Source: Paragordius varius (lineage: Eukaryota > Animalia > Nematomorpha). From it: a stretch of DNA of 64,000 bases. The stretch's first letter is position 1. Each line of letters opens with the position of its first letter. The stretch spans positions 7,874,001-7,938,000 of the forward strand of contig OZ176053.1 of assembly GCA_964247055.1 (NCBI GenBank). Direction: 5' to 3'. The notes under the pieces are model-generated. The model did not search any database. It saw only the letters and a program-made list of their open reading frames with translations, and was not told the DNA's origin. The translations under genes were made by a program, and so were the position numbers. This document shows positions 24,400 to 37,427 of the stretch, piece after piece.

Positions 24400-25470
24400 A
24401 TCTTTTATCACTTATCCTATACTTTTAAATTTTGTTATAACATACCTATTCCCATTTTTGTTTTTGGACGTAGGACTTACCGTTGGCCTTTTCCTATAAT
24501 TTGCCTATTAATATTCACTTAAATATATAGATTTTTTAATATTAATCTTAAAATCTAATTGCATAAAATATCGTGAATATTAATTAAAAAAAATTTTCTT
24601 TAATATTTATGACTATTCCCTATTAAGCATATTCCGAAAATTTTAGTTTTTAACACAATTTTAAAATATCTAATAATTTTATAATTATACCTTTATAAAT
24701 GTGTGATATTTTTGAGATGATCTTTTCATCAGTCAGATAAATTTTAAAAATATTCTTACAATCTCCCAGAAATTAATAATAAAATATACTTTTTCATTTT
24801 GGCAAATCTTTATTTTGTATCTTTTAATTATTTTCCATATTCATTTTAAAACATCTTTTCATCCTGTATCTGAATAAAATGATATCTTTTCATTAATTTC
24901 CGGATTTATTAAATATATATATATAAATATAATATATATATCCGAATATTTTTTTTCATAAATATCCTGAAATAAAATTTCGCGACATCTCATTGACCAA
25001 GCACATAAACTTTAAAGACACTATTTCGTTTTAATATTGTCTTATATAATTTAATAAAGATTTGACGTCTCTATTTTTGATTTAAAACCCTAATATTCCT
25101 TTTCTTTGATATAAATATTTCAAAATCTTATTTTATAGAAATACCGTGAAAAATAGTACCTACAATATTTTACCTTAATATAATATGAAAATCTTATCAT
25201 AAAATGTTCGGAAAATTACTAATATATACCTTTCGTGTTGGCGGTTTTCCTTTGTATCAGAATAAAATTTGTTTATATTTGATATTTTATTATCTCAATA
25301 CATTCCATAAAAATGTCTTGTCAATTAAAAAGTAATTATGTTTCTTTAAAATATTAGCGATTTTTCATTAAAATCTGCTAACATCCTTTCAAATATAATT
25401 TTATTTAACGATATATTTTTAGTTAATATTTCTGCTGGATATTCTATGTTAATATAATTAGCGACAAACT
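24400..25470. repeat. Degenerate modular satellite-like array (right part)
   Basis: Same modules and orientation as 16330-19400 (e.g. CATAAAATGTTCGGAAAATTACTAATATATACCTTT near 25200; CCATAAAAATGTCTTG near 25306). Confidence 0.55.
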
Positions 25471-27291
25471 ACCAATGTATATTTAATCCATAATTGTAAA
25501 AAAAATATACTCACGTTTTTATAAGGATGACATCCGATCATATTTCTTTATTTGCTTTGATATTAACTGAATTTATAAATACTAAAAAGCAAGTCATGGG
25601 CAGTAATTAAATTTAACATTCTTTTGGTAAACGATAAGGTTTCAAATTAAAATTTATCAATACGTAACCAATAAAACGAAACGTTAGCAAGATAAAAAGG
25701 TTTAGGGCTAGAACGGTTATTTAAGCGGTTAGAAAAAGTTGAAATTATATGCATAAAACTAAAGTGGCTTCAAATAAATCCATTTTTTCTATCTCAAAAT
25801 GTGTTAAAAAGTCAATCGTTTCAATTAACTCTTAAATTTTGTAAGTAAAGCACAGGGTCATTAAATTCATTATAACAACGTCTTTTAAGTATTAGGAATG
25901 CGCTTGATGACATATATAATTCGGGGAATTAGTTTTGTCTAAATGCTAAGACAACAATTGGTCAGCAATTAATATATCGATATATAATTGTTAAGTTAGG
26001 ATAAAAAAATGATTGAGAGCATTATAGCAAAATAGCTTATTGCCGCCTCGTACAACCGGTTTGGGCGGTTATTCAAGGCACTATCTAATCCGATGTTTTT
26101 ATGCACCTTAGATAAATGTATTATTCAAATATATATATATATATATATATCAATTTTAAAATGGAAACGGTGCTATAATAAATAAGATACATTTACTCGC
26201 TCTTTTGAATGTGCAAAATTGAATTAAATCGGCGATTATGTGACTGGTTAGATCAAATAACACAAACATCATTTGTATATCAAATTATAATATTAAAGAA
26301 ATGATTGTTGATTGCGTTCACATAATTTTCTAAATGAAAAATATGTAAGAAATGCGAAAATTAATTACCATTAAATTACATATCATTTTATTATGTGATA
26401 TCAAGTAATTAATAACAGATTAAATCCGTTTTTCGGATGTTTTGACGGCATAAGTATAATTAACCACAGGCAAAGCATTTAATTTTTTTAATAAATTGGC
26501 TAAACTTTTTTCATTGTCTAATATCAATTTTCCTTTTGCGACATAACGTATTTTTTTGTTTACAATGTATAGTAGTGTTTCCTTACCAAAAAATTTAAAA
26601 TGTCGCAAAAAAATTTATCTTGTCTCAAGGGCACTGCACGATATCATACAGATAAAATATAGCTGTTTGACACATTTGCAGAAACATATATACTCAAAAT
26701 AAACAGATCAAGAAATTTAATAAATTAAGGGCCAAAAGTGATGTATACTGCCCGTGGGCGGCGGTTTTAGTCCCATTGATGTATAAAGTATGTGCGTTAA
26801 TATTGAAAAATATATTAAAATAATTTATAAATTATTTCTTTATAACAGTTTCTCAAGTAGCCAATTACAGCAAATATTTTAACTTGCTGATAAAATCAAA
26901 GACTGAATAGTATAAAAATGGAATGAAATTCATTGATGATGAAAAAATTTCTTAAATATAAATATTTTTCCATTTTAACTGAAAAATAATTGGCCTAATA
27001 ATAGTGATTCTCAGTGATTTTAACGTCTAATACTCAAAAATTTATCCACACAAAATGACTTAATTATATTTCGTTTATTCTGTTGCAGCACAACAAAAAA
27101 TATTAAATAAGGGAGTTAAAAGTCGACCTTAACGAATATTACAAAAGAGTTTAGCCTGCTAAATAAAAATTTAGTTGGTTATGTTAAAGAATTAAAAGTA
27201 CATAAAATTATCTAGTATAGATTTAACGAGCTATGATGTTTAAATAATTTTATGAGTATAAAATTGATATCATATTTTTTTATTTTATCGT

Positions 27292-27577
27292 TCATAATAA
27301 GATATGGCTCAATTTTTTTAATATTTTTTTCTGTGCATCTATGTGTGTTATGGTATCGTTTATCTAAATTATAACCAGGTATACTTTTTGATTTATATCC
27401 TTTATCGACATATTAAGAGACTCGTTATCCAAAAGCTTAAAATAATTCTTCATTTCATTTTCAATTGTATGAATTGAATCCGATATAGATTCTTTTTTCG
27501 CATATCTTTAAATAAATATTTGGATTTTACTTTTTTAATAAATCAAACAATTTACTTGAAACATCGATTTTTTCCAT
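27292..27577 (-). CDS. Small (79 aa) predicted coiled-coil protein; exons 27577-27531, 27505-27385, 27363-27292
   Basis: GT-AG introns of 25 and 21 nt join an ATG-to-TGA frame: MEKIDVSSKLFDLLKKYAKKESISDSIHTIENEMKNYFKLLDNESLNMSIKDINQKINDTITHIDAQKKILKKLSHILL. Weak resemblance, from memory, to BORCS7. Confidence 0.55.
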
Positions 27578-27609
27578 ATGAAATAATTTTCATTCACTAG
27601 ATACGTAAA

Positions 27610-27905
27610 ATGTGGAATATTTTTGAGCGCATTCCCTTTTATATGGTATCATTCCTTAAATAAATTTAGGATTATGAAGGACAAATGCTCGCAGAAAAAA
27701 TTTATCAGACAGTAATTACTGTTTGTGGAGTATTATTTTATTATAATAAAAGGTAATAGGTTTCGTTATAGGATATATTTTCCAAAGATATTCTTACACT
27801 GTCTATTCTCTTGGCATTGGGATCGCAATATCTTTATTGGCTACAATACCTTGGCCAATATATCGTAAACGCCCTCTAAAATGGCAAAAGCCAAAAGAAC
27901 AATAA
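27610..27905 (+). CDS. SPCS1: Signal peptidase complex subunit 1 (SPC12), 82 aa; exons 27610-27645, 27670-27729, 27753-27905
   Basis: Spliced product MWNIFERIPFYM|DYEGQMLAEKIYQTVITVCG|VIGFVIGY...IPWPIYRKRPLKWQKP matches the SPC12 signature (MDYKGQKLAE...PPWPIYRRHPLKW). Introns are 24 and 23 nt. Absent from the ORF track. Confidence 0.95.
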
Positions 27906-28508
27906 TTTGAATGTAAATACAATGTCTATTAATTATATTGTCAATAAACCGCGCTGTGGACATTAATATTAGGTTATAATTTAATAAATACCGATAATAC
28001 CAATGGATGTTTCCAAAGTCGATAATAATTGTTAAATTATAAAAGCCAAATAAATAAATTTTTATATAATTTTTTATTCAAAGTCCATAACATCGGGATT
28101 TTGAAATTATCCCGATTTTATATATGTACAATATATTAATAAAATTATCATTGTGGATTAAAATTAGGAAGCATTTGTCAATATATATTACAAGTTACTA
28201 GTTCAAAAATTAAATTATGCAAGGTTGTTAAACATTATATTAAATTCAGGGTTTTGACCGGGTGAAAAAATGGAATGGGGTCCTCAGCATTAAATTGGTT
28301 TATTAAAAATATTAAAATACCCATGAACAATGTTAAATATCAAGAACTGTAAATTAAAAATGGCCAAGGTTATAATTTCAAGGGTAAATAGGTGTATGTT
28401 TATTAACAATCCCAATTATGGAGAAAAAGTTAATTAACTCTTAATTAATAATTAAACCTAGTGATTTGGTTATTGGTTGTCAGAATACTTAGATCTGAAA
28501 CTTTAGAA

Positions 28509-29337
28509 CAGTGGTACTCACCAAAATAAATTGACGGGCCAAATAAAATATATTATTTTTTCGAGGGCCATGAACCTTATAATGGCAAATATTCCATAGC
28601 TATTTGACACATATACACATATTTATACTCTAAATCAGCACAATGATTTTTTGCGGATCGCATGTAAATCCAGCTAAAAACTCGTTTTGCACCATTTAAA
28701 AAAATAAAATATTTCGTTTTATTTTGATATTAACCAATAATTTTTGACAAGTTTCGCCTCATGACAGGCCAATCTTAATACGTCGTCCATATGATCATCG
28801 GATAATTTACGTTTTTTAGCATTAGATGTCATCCTTTTAATTTATGTTTAAATATTATGTAAATTTTTTTTAAAAAAATAGGAACATAATTTGAATATGC
28901 TATAAAAAAAACAGGACGAAATTTAATGATGTTGATTTGGTAAATATTTTATGGTAATGAGTATCAGAAAATGATAAAAGATAGCAATGAAAAGAATATG
29001 CAAGTTTGGGTGAAAGGCTTGCCTTACAAAAAAGGAATACAATAAAAATTTTAAAATAGAAAAGAAAAGAAAATACAGAAACGGAAACAACATGTGCCAA
29101 AATTTTGAAATCATCTTAATGTAGGAAAATTTTTCTACTTTTCAAATTGGGTAAAAAATAAAAATTACCAAAATTAACTTTAAAGAAAATAAATTAATAT
29201 TAAAATACGCGAAAATTCGCTTAGTGTATTTAAAAATTCATCAAAAAAATAATTTATGTATCAATTTGGTCATAGCGCAATTTTAAAGCACTCTTAGGGC
29301 CGCATGCGGCCCGCGGGCCGCTGTTTGAGTATCACTG
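28509..29337 (-). mobile_element. hAT Buster-type copy B, internally deleted (829 bp)
   Basis: Same TIRs as copy A; perfect TSD CTTTAGAA (28501-28508, 29338-29345); the deletion junction falls on the 7-nt microhomology TCATCGG (copy A 22198-22204 and 23205-23211). Confidence 0.95.
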
Positions 29338-29435
29338 CTTTAGAATTTAGCGTGGATAAGCTTCTTTTCACAAATACCTATCTTGACTAATATTTTATAT
29401 TAGGCGCTTAGTTTTAGGTTTCAATCAGATATTAG

Positions 29436-29467
<32 letters not shown>

Positions 29468-30078
29468 GCAGTGGTATTCTTTTAAAAATTTTTCAGGCCT
29501 CTTTATAATATTTTTTGGCGTAAGAGCTACAATGTGTGTAATTAATACCGAATACTTGGCTTTTAAATATATTAAAATATGTCAATAACTATGGCCAGAA
29601 AAATCAATTTAAGGGGCTCATGCGGGCTATGGGCCCCGGATTACCGCACATATAAAGTGTCGTTCGTTTTTTCCCTAAGAAATTGAATTAGGCACGAAAT
29701 ATAGTGATTGCACAATTATTTAAAATATACTTTAAAATTTAAAAAATGTAAGAAGGCATAACCTGGATAATTTTATCGTATCCCTTGTTCTAAACTATGA
29801 GACTCCGATATATACTATATGGTTTTTGACCAGGCTCAAATTAATAAGACAAATGTAACTTATATAGAGATTAAAAATTCTACATACATAATTACTGTTA
29901 TTCTCTTCAAGTATTAAAGGTCGATATTAAAAAAGATTGCCGTGGTATTATTTTAATCGGATACCTGAAATTATATCAATCCAAAAAATAAAGTTTAAAT
30001 AACAATTTTCCAAAAGTTTAATGGTCATTCTATTTGGATGGGAAATGAGTAAAAATGTTATTATACCAAATTTAAATG

Positions 30079-31933
30079 CAGTGGCGTACCGAGCATTTGC
30101 GGCGCCCGGGGCATAAAACTCTTATGGCGCCCCCTTCCCCTCGTTTTGAAAGCCAATAAAGCAATTTAGTAAAAAAATATTAACGTCCTTAAATGCTTCT
30201 TTAAAATTAATTTTAGGATCTTGCAATCTATGTTGAACCCAATCCATTCTTATAAGTATTTGATGCCAGAAAAAAATTAATGAACACTCTTAAGTAAAAT
30301 GGATGCCTCACTTCTTGTTTCACTATAGTATTTGAAGTATTCTTGCTTAAATCTTTTAATAGCTCTATCATATCATCTATTCCCTCAATAATGGCATTAA
30401 GTGCTTGAATTCTAGCACTCTATCGGGCTTATGACTCACTCATAACAGTTTTTTAGCTTATTTTTTAATAGGTCCCATCTAATAGTTGAAAAAAAAGTTG
30501 ATATTTTTAATTATTCCGAAACAGGCCACAACAATAACATCTTGTCTTGCTACATTAACTCCTACTAAATTCAAGGAATGATTGTCACAATTGACAAATA
30601 TTGCTCTATTATTATTGCCAGAATTCTTTTTCGAACGCCTGAAATGTGAACCGACATCACAGCTGCATTATCATAGGATTGGAGATATACTTGATAACTG
30701 AATATTACCCATATTTAAATTTTCTAAAATTTTCAATTGACATTGCATATTTGTTGGATAACTGAAAAAAAACCCAAAAAGGATTCCTTTATGATAACTT
30801 TCTTTTTCTCATAATCAATTAACATCTACCTGGCAACTTGAGAAACTTGTTCTTGGTGCGCTATATCTGGCGTTGAATCAGTTATAAGTCCATAATTACT
30901 TTTTTTATGTCATCGATCAATTTAGTGAAGCTAAAAGTATATACTCGTTTTGGATTTTGTATTAAACATAGGATAAAGTGTTAGGGGATTCAACGTTTCT
31001 CATCTCTTATTATTGGGTTAAACCAAACTACAAGTTTTAGTAAAGATAAGAGATTACCAGGATTTGGTGCTGAGCCATCTAGTTAAACTATTAACATGTC
31101 CTCGAAAAGGGAGATTTTTTAGAATTTCATGCAGGTCAATATTCGATGTAACAAGATTGATCAAAAAGTAGGTATTAATAACAATACTCAGATCTGTTCT
31201 TCGGTGAATATAAAAACCTAGACCTCTCAACTTCTATCCTTCTTTTTTATCGACACGTTAAAAAAACCAAGATTGAGGCATTGAACGATGATTTTTTGTT
31301 TCAAAGAGATGGAATTTATACTTGAGATCCACGAATAATCATTTCTGTGAGAAGCTGATTAGATATTACGGGAGGAACAATATTATTAGAAAAAGGCGAC
31401 ATCATTAAACTCTATAGGTTAGCGCTTGGAATTACTAGTGGTATATTTGTAGTTTTCTCATCCCTATATTATGGATCAATAACTAGGGTTTCATGTGCAT
31501 TAAAGTTATTTTTAAGGGGTGCAGTTATGTTTGTGTAGCATACAGTTTTTCAATGTTGTCAGATGTTTTCGTTAAATAAGATTTCATACTCATTCGCATT
31601 TTATTTGTTTTATCCTCTTCCTGGATTTCCGTTTCCTATTTGCGTAACTGCTGAGTTTAGGCATTGATAAATGATGAAAATGAAAGTAAATATAAGAAAA
31701 ACAAGGCTATATTGGTAAACCTTGTTAGAGATGGAATGATCTTGGTGATTTAAATAAATAAAATTGGGTTATGAAATTGAATATGTTGATGGATTACCTA
31801 AGTTGGTGAAAAATCTTACTTGAAAGTTGTTATTATTTTTCAGAATTTAAATTAAAAAAATCATTTAGGCGCCCCTAAATAAGGGCGCCCGGGGCATGAT
31901 GCAACCCCTTGCCCCCCCATCGGTACGCCACGG
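30079..31933 (-). mobile_element. hAT DNA transposon, Tip100/ZMYM1-like family, decayed
   Basis: TIR CAGTGGCGTACCGA / CCGTGGCGTACCGA; subterminal GGCGCCCGGGGCA motifs; perfect TSD TTTAAATG (30071-30078, 31934-31941); frameshifted minus-strand remnant YDNAAVMS..SGVRKRIL..IFVNCDNHSLNLVGV. Confidence 0.9.
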
Positions 31934-32446
31934 TTTAAATGATAACTTAAACAAATAGAATCTATTTAATTGACATATTTTCCATGATATTCCAATTAAA
32001 ATATTTGCCTGTCGTATTTCTTTTTTTGTCCACAGAATTCCTCCAATAACCGTGCCCCAGGCTTAATTATCGAATCAGTTAAGGCATTAGGCGTCTGCTT
32101 AAACACTCCGATTGTGATATAAGTATAATTGTATTATGCCAGATAGCATTGAAAGCAAACGTAATATAATTATTAAGTTATTTTCGCTTTGTATTACTAT
32201 TATCTACAATATTTAATATTAAATTAGAAAGTAATTTGATCATATTATATGTGCTTTTAAAATTTAAGTTTAAAATAATAATTGAAATAGACGGTAAAAA
32301 TGATTTCCCGTTCCTGAAATAGAGAAAAGAAAGCCATAGACTTGGCAAAATGTATTATAATATTTGAAAAAATTAAGATTATTATTATTTTTGAAGTTCG
32401 AGTTTTTCATGATTTAATACATTATCTTTTCATATTTTATAGAAGA

Positions 32447-33887
32447 CTAGCGTATTTCTCGTGCTGCTACGCAGCCCGAGGAAGTCCTTCGGACTTATGG
32501 AGGGGGGGTTTCGAAGTTTGGATTTGAATGGGTCTACCGGTCTTCCGGTCTTCCGGTACCAGATCACAAAGTTACATGAGAAATCAGTTTTTAGCGGGTA
32601 GCTCCTTACCCAGCAGCTATCATCAAAGAAACGCCTGACTAAAATTTTTGCCTTTTAACAGGGAATACGTGGAATCCATATTAAATTTTTACCGTCTCAT
32701 AACTAGGGCGAAAAATAGATTTAAGAAATTATTTTTGTGGACTATGTTTTTTTAAAAAATGGCATTTTACGGGGGGAGCGGGTAAAAAGAGGGCCTAAAT
32801 CAAAAAAGTGACTCGACTATGTTCGGCGCAATCGAAAATAAGTAAACAAAAATCATATTTGAAATAGAATAGACCAACACGTTCTCCAGAAAATTGTCTC
32901 AAAGACACGATGTTTGTGGACTTCTGTTTTCAAAAAAAACCGTTTTTCACACGGGGTGGGCCCCAACTGGGGGCCTATTTCAAAAAAAGGGCCAAGCTAT
33001 TGTTGGGGCATTCATTAATGATTATATTTTTTCTAAGTTTGGATTTGAATGGGTCTACCGGTTTTCCTGTACCAGATCACAAAGCCAGCATTTTCCATTT
33101 TTATAAATATATAGATTATATCAGAGATTGAATTTACGCCCTGTTTTAAAGTAGTTTTGCAATTTCATTATCAAACATTCTTTATTAGATAAAAAATGCT
33201 TATATTATTCACAGTTTTTAACTTCCAGAGTTATAAATGGCTCCAGAATTTTAAAAAACCCCACGACCTGAATTTTTGGCATGTTACGGGTTATAATTAA
33301 GCACCTGTTGAACTCATAAACCCTGATAAATTTTCTGAAATTTAGCCCCAAACGCACGCTATCTTGATATGATGGGACAGTTTTAGCGGGTATCTGCTTA
33401 CCCAGCAGCAAATATAAAAAAATGCACGACTAAAATTTTTGCCTTTTAACAGGGAATACTTGGAATCCTCATTGAATTTTGGTTTCATACCTTGAGCTAA
33501 AAATAGAAAAATCATTTTTGTGGACTTATTTTTTTTGAAAAAAATGGCATTTTAAGGGAGCGACTAAAAAGAGGGCTTAAATTAAAAAGGCGAGCCGACT
33601 ATTTTCGGCTCAATTGAAAAAAACTAAAAAAAATTGCATATAAAATCAAATGGTCCAACATTTTTTCCGGAAAATTGTCTCAAAGACACGATTTTCGTGG
33701 ACTTCTGTTTTCAAAAGAAACCGTTTTTTCACTGGATGGGCCCGAACCGGCTGTCTAAAATAAAAAAAGGGCGAAGCTACATTCATTAATGATTATATTT
33801 TTTCGACATTTGGATTCGAATGCGTCTACCGGGTTTTCCGGAAACAAATCACAAAGCCAGCATTTATTATTTTTATAAATATATAGA
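32447..33887 (-). mobile_element. Composite non-autonomous Helitron: complete unit 32447-33115 plus a second, 3'-truncated unit 33375-33887
   Basis: On the minus strand there are two A|TCTATATATTTATAAAAA 5' ends (33887, 33115) and one 3' end with the hairpin CTCGGGCTGC-GTA-GCAGCACGAG upstream of CTAG|T (32447). The roughly 500-bp bodies are clearly homologous. Confidence 0.8.
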
Positions 33888-34227
33888 TTTCATGATTATG
33901 AACTAAATAACCTTATTATACATTTTTAAATTATTCAATACGACTTTAGGATTATGATTCATGTTTAGGGCTTAACACATAAAATTTGACGGTATTGTCA
34001 TAATGATAAGTAGTGTGATAAAAATTCTCCGCTATAATACTTATTTGCACGGTGCTATTAATAGCATATTTAAATTATTTTAAATGCGTTTTAGTATAAA
34101 ATAGAGAAAAAATAATCATAATGCAAAAATAATTTAAATAACCTGCACTTTATTAATTCAACATGCTGTATTTGGCGGTAAACCCAACATCTTAAGGTTG
34201 ACGCTTGAAAAATTGCAAAATACTTTA

Positions 34228-36699
34228 ATGTCTTCTGGCCCGACTGTAAGATATCTTGTATCTTTTGCATATAATGGGTTGCCTTTTAAGTATGTATATT
34301 TTTTATCATAGGGGTCTACAGCAACAATTGGTTGATGGAGTGGATATATGCAGAACCGTATATGGTGTTTTTAAAGTATTTTTATATATATTCAAGAGTG
34401 CATTAATTTGTATTAGTCCCAATTCTTTCTTGAATTTAAGAGTAGTCGGTAGGACAGATGTAGGTGTCCATGCCTTGAATTCTGCTCTTAATTGTAATCT
34501 AAATCATCCTCAAAGTAATAAGTTGTATACGACTCAATATTTGAAGAAAAAATTAAATAACATCTTTATGGCAGCTAATGAGTTTATTCGGTAAATTCAT
34601 TTTAAAAATAGAGTAAATAATGTTCAAATAGTTCCCTTAACATTTAATTGTCGCAACCATTGTGTATCCAAAACTTATCTCTACAGAATTGCTACACCTA
34701 AAAGTTTTTTAGATATATAATGTAGATTCTGATAACATATTTAGAAATTCTGTGAACACACCTTTATGGCAATACAAGAATATTTACTATATACCGTAAA
34801 GAAATTTATTTTTTGGGTTCAGATTCATTCGATTTTTGTAAAACAGTATTTAAAAAGATATTTTTTAAATTAAATTTAAATGGTCTTTACAAAGACTGAT
34901 TGGTTGAAATTAATATGGTTTCTTAAATCCATAGTTTTAAAAAATTTATTATTCAATGGTAAGTCTAATCAATAGTAAAAACGACCTTATATATTTGATT
35001 AGGTTCTACCGGTACACACTTGGTCGCTCATAACTTATTATTTAATTTTATTATTGAAAAATTTATTTATGTATTTAGATATACCGACGTCAACATTAAA
35101 ACAATGGAGCAAGCCATTTCACTATTTAAGGGAACTCATGATTTTGAAGCATTTAGAAGCTTTGGTGCATCTAATGATGAAAGAGAAATCAGAACAAAAC
35201 GAAACATTCAGAAAGCAAATGTTAAAGAAATTAAACCAATAGTTGTGGAAGATGGATCCAATTATTTGAATGATATCATGCGTTTTGATCAATACAAATA
35301 CTATGAAATTGAATTTGCCAGCCGTGGTTTTTTATATCATCAGGTTTTGTAACACTGACATTTAATTTTTCAAAAACTTTATATGACACGATTTTTTGAA
35401 TGTTATATTTGCTATATAAAACAACTATTTTTTCACTAAAATACGCTTCCATTTTTTTATTTTACTTTTTTATTAATAAAATACGCTAAATTAATTTTTA
35501 CATTTTGATTATACTTTTATTATAGTGATAAAAACATTTGTAATAAACTGAAAAAATGCAGTTATATAAATTATAATTATAATGATGGACTTTATATATA
35601 AAAATCGGTAATATAGTACATGATAAATTTAATTTGACATTTGTCTCAAATTGGCATTTCTCCTGGAAAAACTAAAATATATTTTTACTATATTAATAGT
35701 TAATCTAACTAAATAGTTGAAATGAATTTTTATATTATTAATTGATGAAGATATCATAAATCAGGGGTGTCAAACACGCGGGTCGCATGCGGCTCGTAAA
35801 TTTAAATATCCACAAAAATAATGCCCACAAAATCTTACTAAAATTGATATTTCCCAAACAAATTTTCAGAAAACAAGAAAAAATTGTATTTGTTTGCATT
35901 TTCTAACGCTACAAATCAAATAAAATGCTTAACAATGTTCATATATATATATATATCGAATTCGGCCCACCAACATTTTCAAAAATGAAGCCCACAAAGC
36001 CATTTATGTTGGACACTCCTGATTTAAATGTTCAATTGTAGTGAGAATTTTTATAGGTAAAACAATAGTATGAGGAATCTTAATAAAAAGATGTAAAATT
36101 TCTGTTTAACATAACATAAGTCAACCATTATTCAACTACAAGACCACATACCGAAACTTATATAACTAATTATTCCAATTTTATTTTGTACTAATTACTT
36201 AGGTTCGTAGGATGATTGGAGCATCGATAGCTGCATCTCGTGGAATCATTTCTTTGTCAGACATTGAACAAATGTTACAAAAGCCAAACGAATTCAAATT
36301 TAACCCAAAAATATTAATTGCTCCACCCTATGGTCTTTACTTGGCAAAAGTTGATTTCGAATTAAAAGGTAACGATTATCGTTAAATCATTCAGATGTAA
36401 TTTAATTTATTATATCAAAATAAGAGATCCTTATCTTATAAATTATATTGTTTATCAAAATTTATGGATACTGGTTGATGTACATGTAATATTAATTTTT
36501 TGGAATGACCGATAAAATATATCTAACTTGAGAGATTAGCGTATCTTACATTTGGTTTTTTATTTTACCAATTACATTTTATTATTTCTGGTTGTTAGAT
36601 TTAATGGCATTTGATGAGGAATCGCCATTATATACTCATGAACCAGATGGAACCATATACCAGCTAACAGAGAATCAGCAAACATCTCAAAATTTATAG
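34228..36699 (+). CDS. PUSL1: TruA-family tRNA pseudouridine synthase-like 1; exons 34228-34289, 34312-34375, 34397-34590, 34612-34703, 34726-34795, 35079-35343, 36203-36368, 36599-36699
   Basis: Motifs RYLVSFAYNG, GRTDVGVHAL (catalytic Asp), KTYLYRI, GTHDFEAF, RGFLYHQ|VRRMIG, APPYGLYL. The first four introns are 22, 21, 21 and 22 nt. Confidence 0.93.
35762..36021. mobile_element. hAT-derived MITE in PUSL1 intron 6
   Basis: Ends CAGGGGTGTCAAAC ... GTTGGACACTCCTG; TSD imperfect (TCATAAAT vs ATTTAAAT). Confidence 0.7.
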
Positions 36700-37427
36700 A
36701 TAAATTTTGTGCACATTTTAATTTATATGTATGTTTTCGTTAACAGCACCATGCTTCTTTAATTAATAAAATTTTTCACATGGATTTTATTTTACTCTTG
36801 GTAGATAAAAAATTAATTTTTATTACATATATATAATAAATTTTTATCTATCTCATGATGTTTATTAGTCCTTTATAAATATCATCCAATGGTAAGAGTC
36901 TTACAGAGAAACAATTTTATTTTTATATATGTACGAGTCAATTACTTTATATGAAATAAATTAACTATCATGCTAACATGGCCTTGAAGTGATAAAAAGA
37001 GAGAAAGAGTCATAATATAGGATATATTTTTGATATTGCATTTATTTTTATCATTGGCTAACGATATATCCATTTTTTATTGTTTTGTCGTTTAACAGTT
37101 CCTTGCCTTTATGTAAAGTAATGAACAGACAGTATTTGAGGATTACTTTTTATGTAAATATAGATATTTTTTATTAAATTTAACGCATTTATTTACAAAA
37201 TGATAGCTAGCATTGTTACGAATACTAATAATATCTGCAAACAAATAAAATAAAAATATAAAATTTGAATTGCACATACAATCATGGAAATATTTATATA
37301 TTATCTATCGCCTGATACAAAATAAATATATATATATATATCTCATAGTAAAAATATTTGATAAATGAATCATAAATATTCATATTTAATGTCATGTACA
37401 AAATATAACTTTACAATTCTTATACAT

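Noticed and set aside
25505-25545. Strong GTGAGT donor after a short ATG frame as a distant LRP5/6 first exon
   Set aside because: Phase 0 donor is incompatible with the phase 1 acceptor at 9929, and it encodes no signal peptide.
26420-26790. ORF 26420-26608 and a plus-strand exon-like WAAVLVPLMYK|gtatgt resembling Nudix NUDT7/8
   Set aside because: No phase-compatible neighbouring exons and no Nudix box.
32040-32130. Moderately GC-rich hairpin-like segment as an ncRNA
   Set aside because: Weak pairing and no recognisable RNA family motif.
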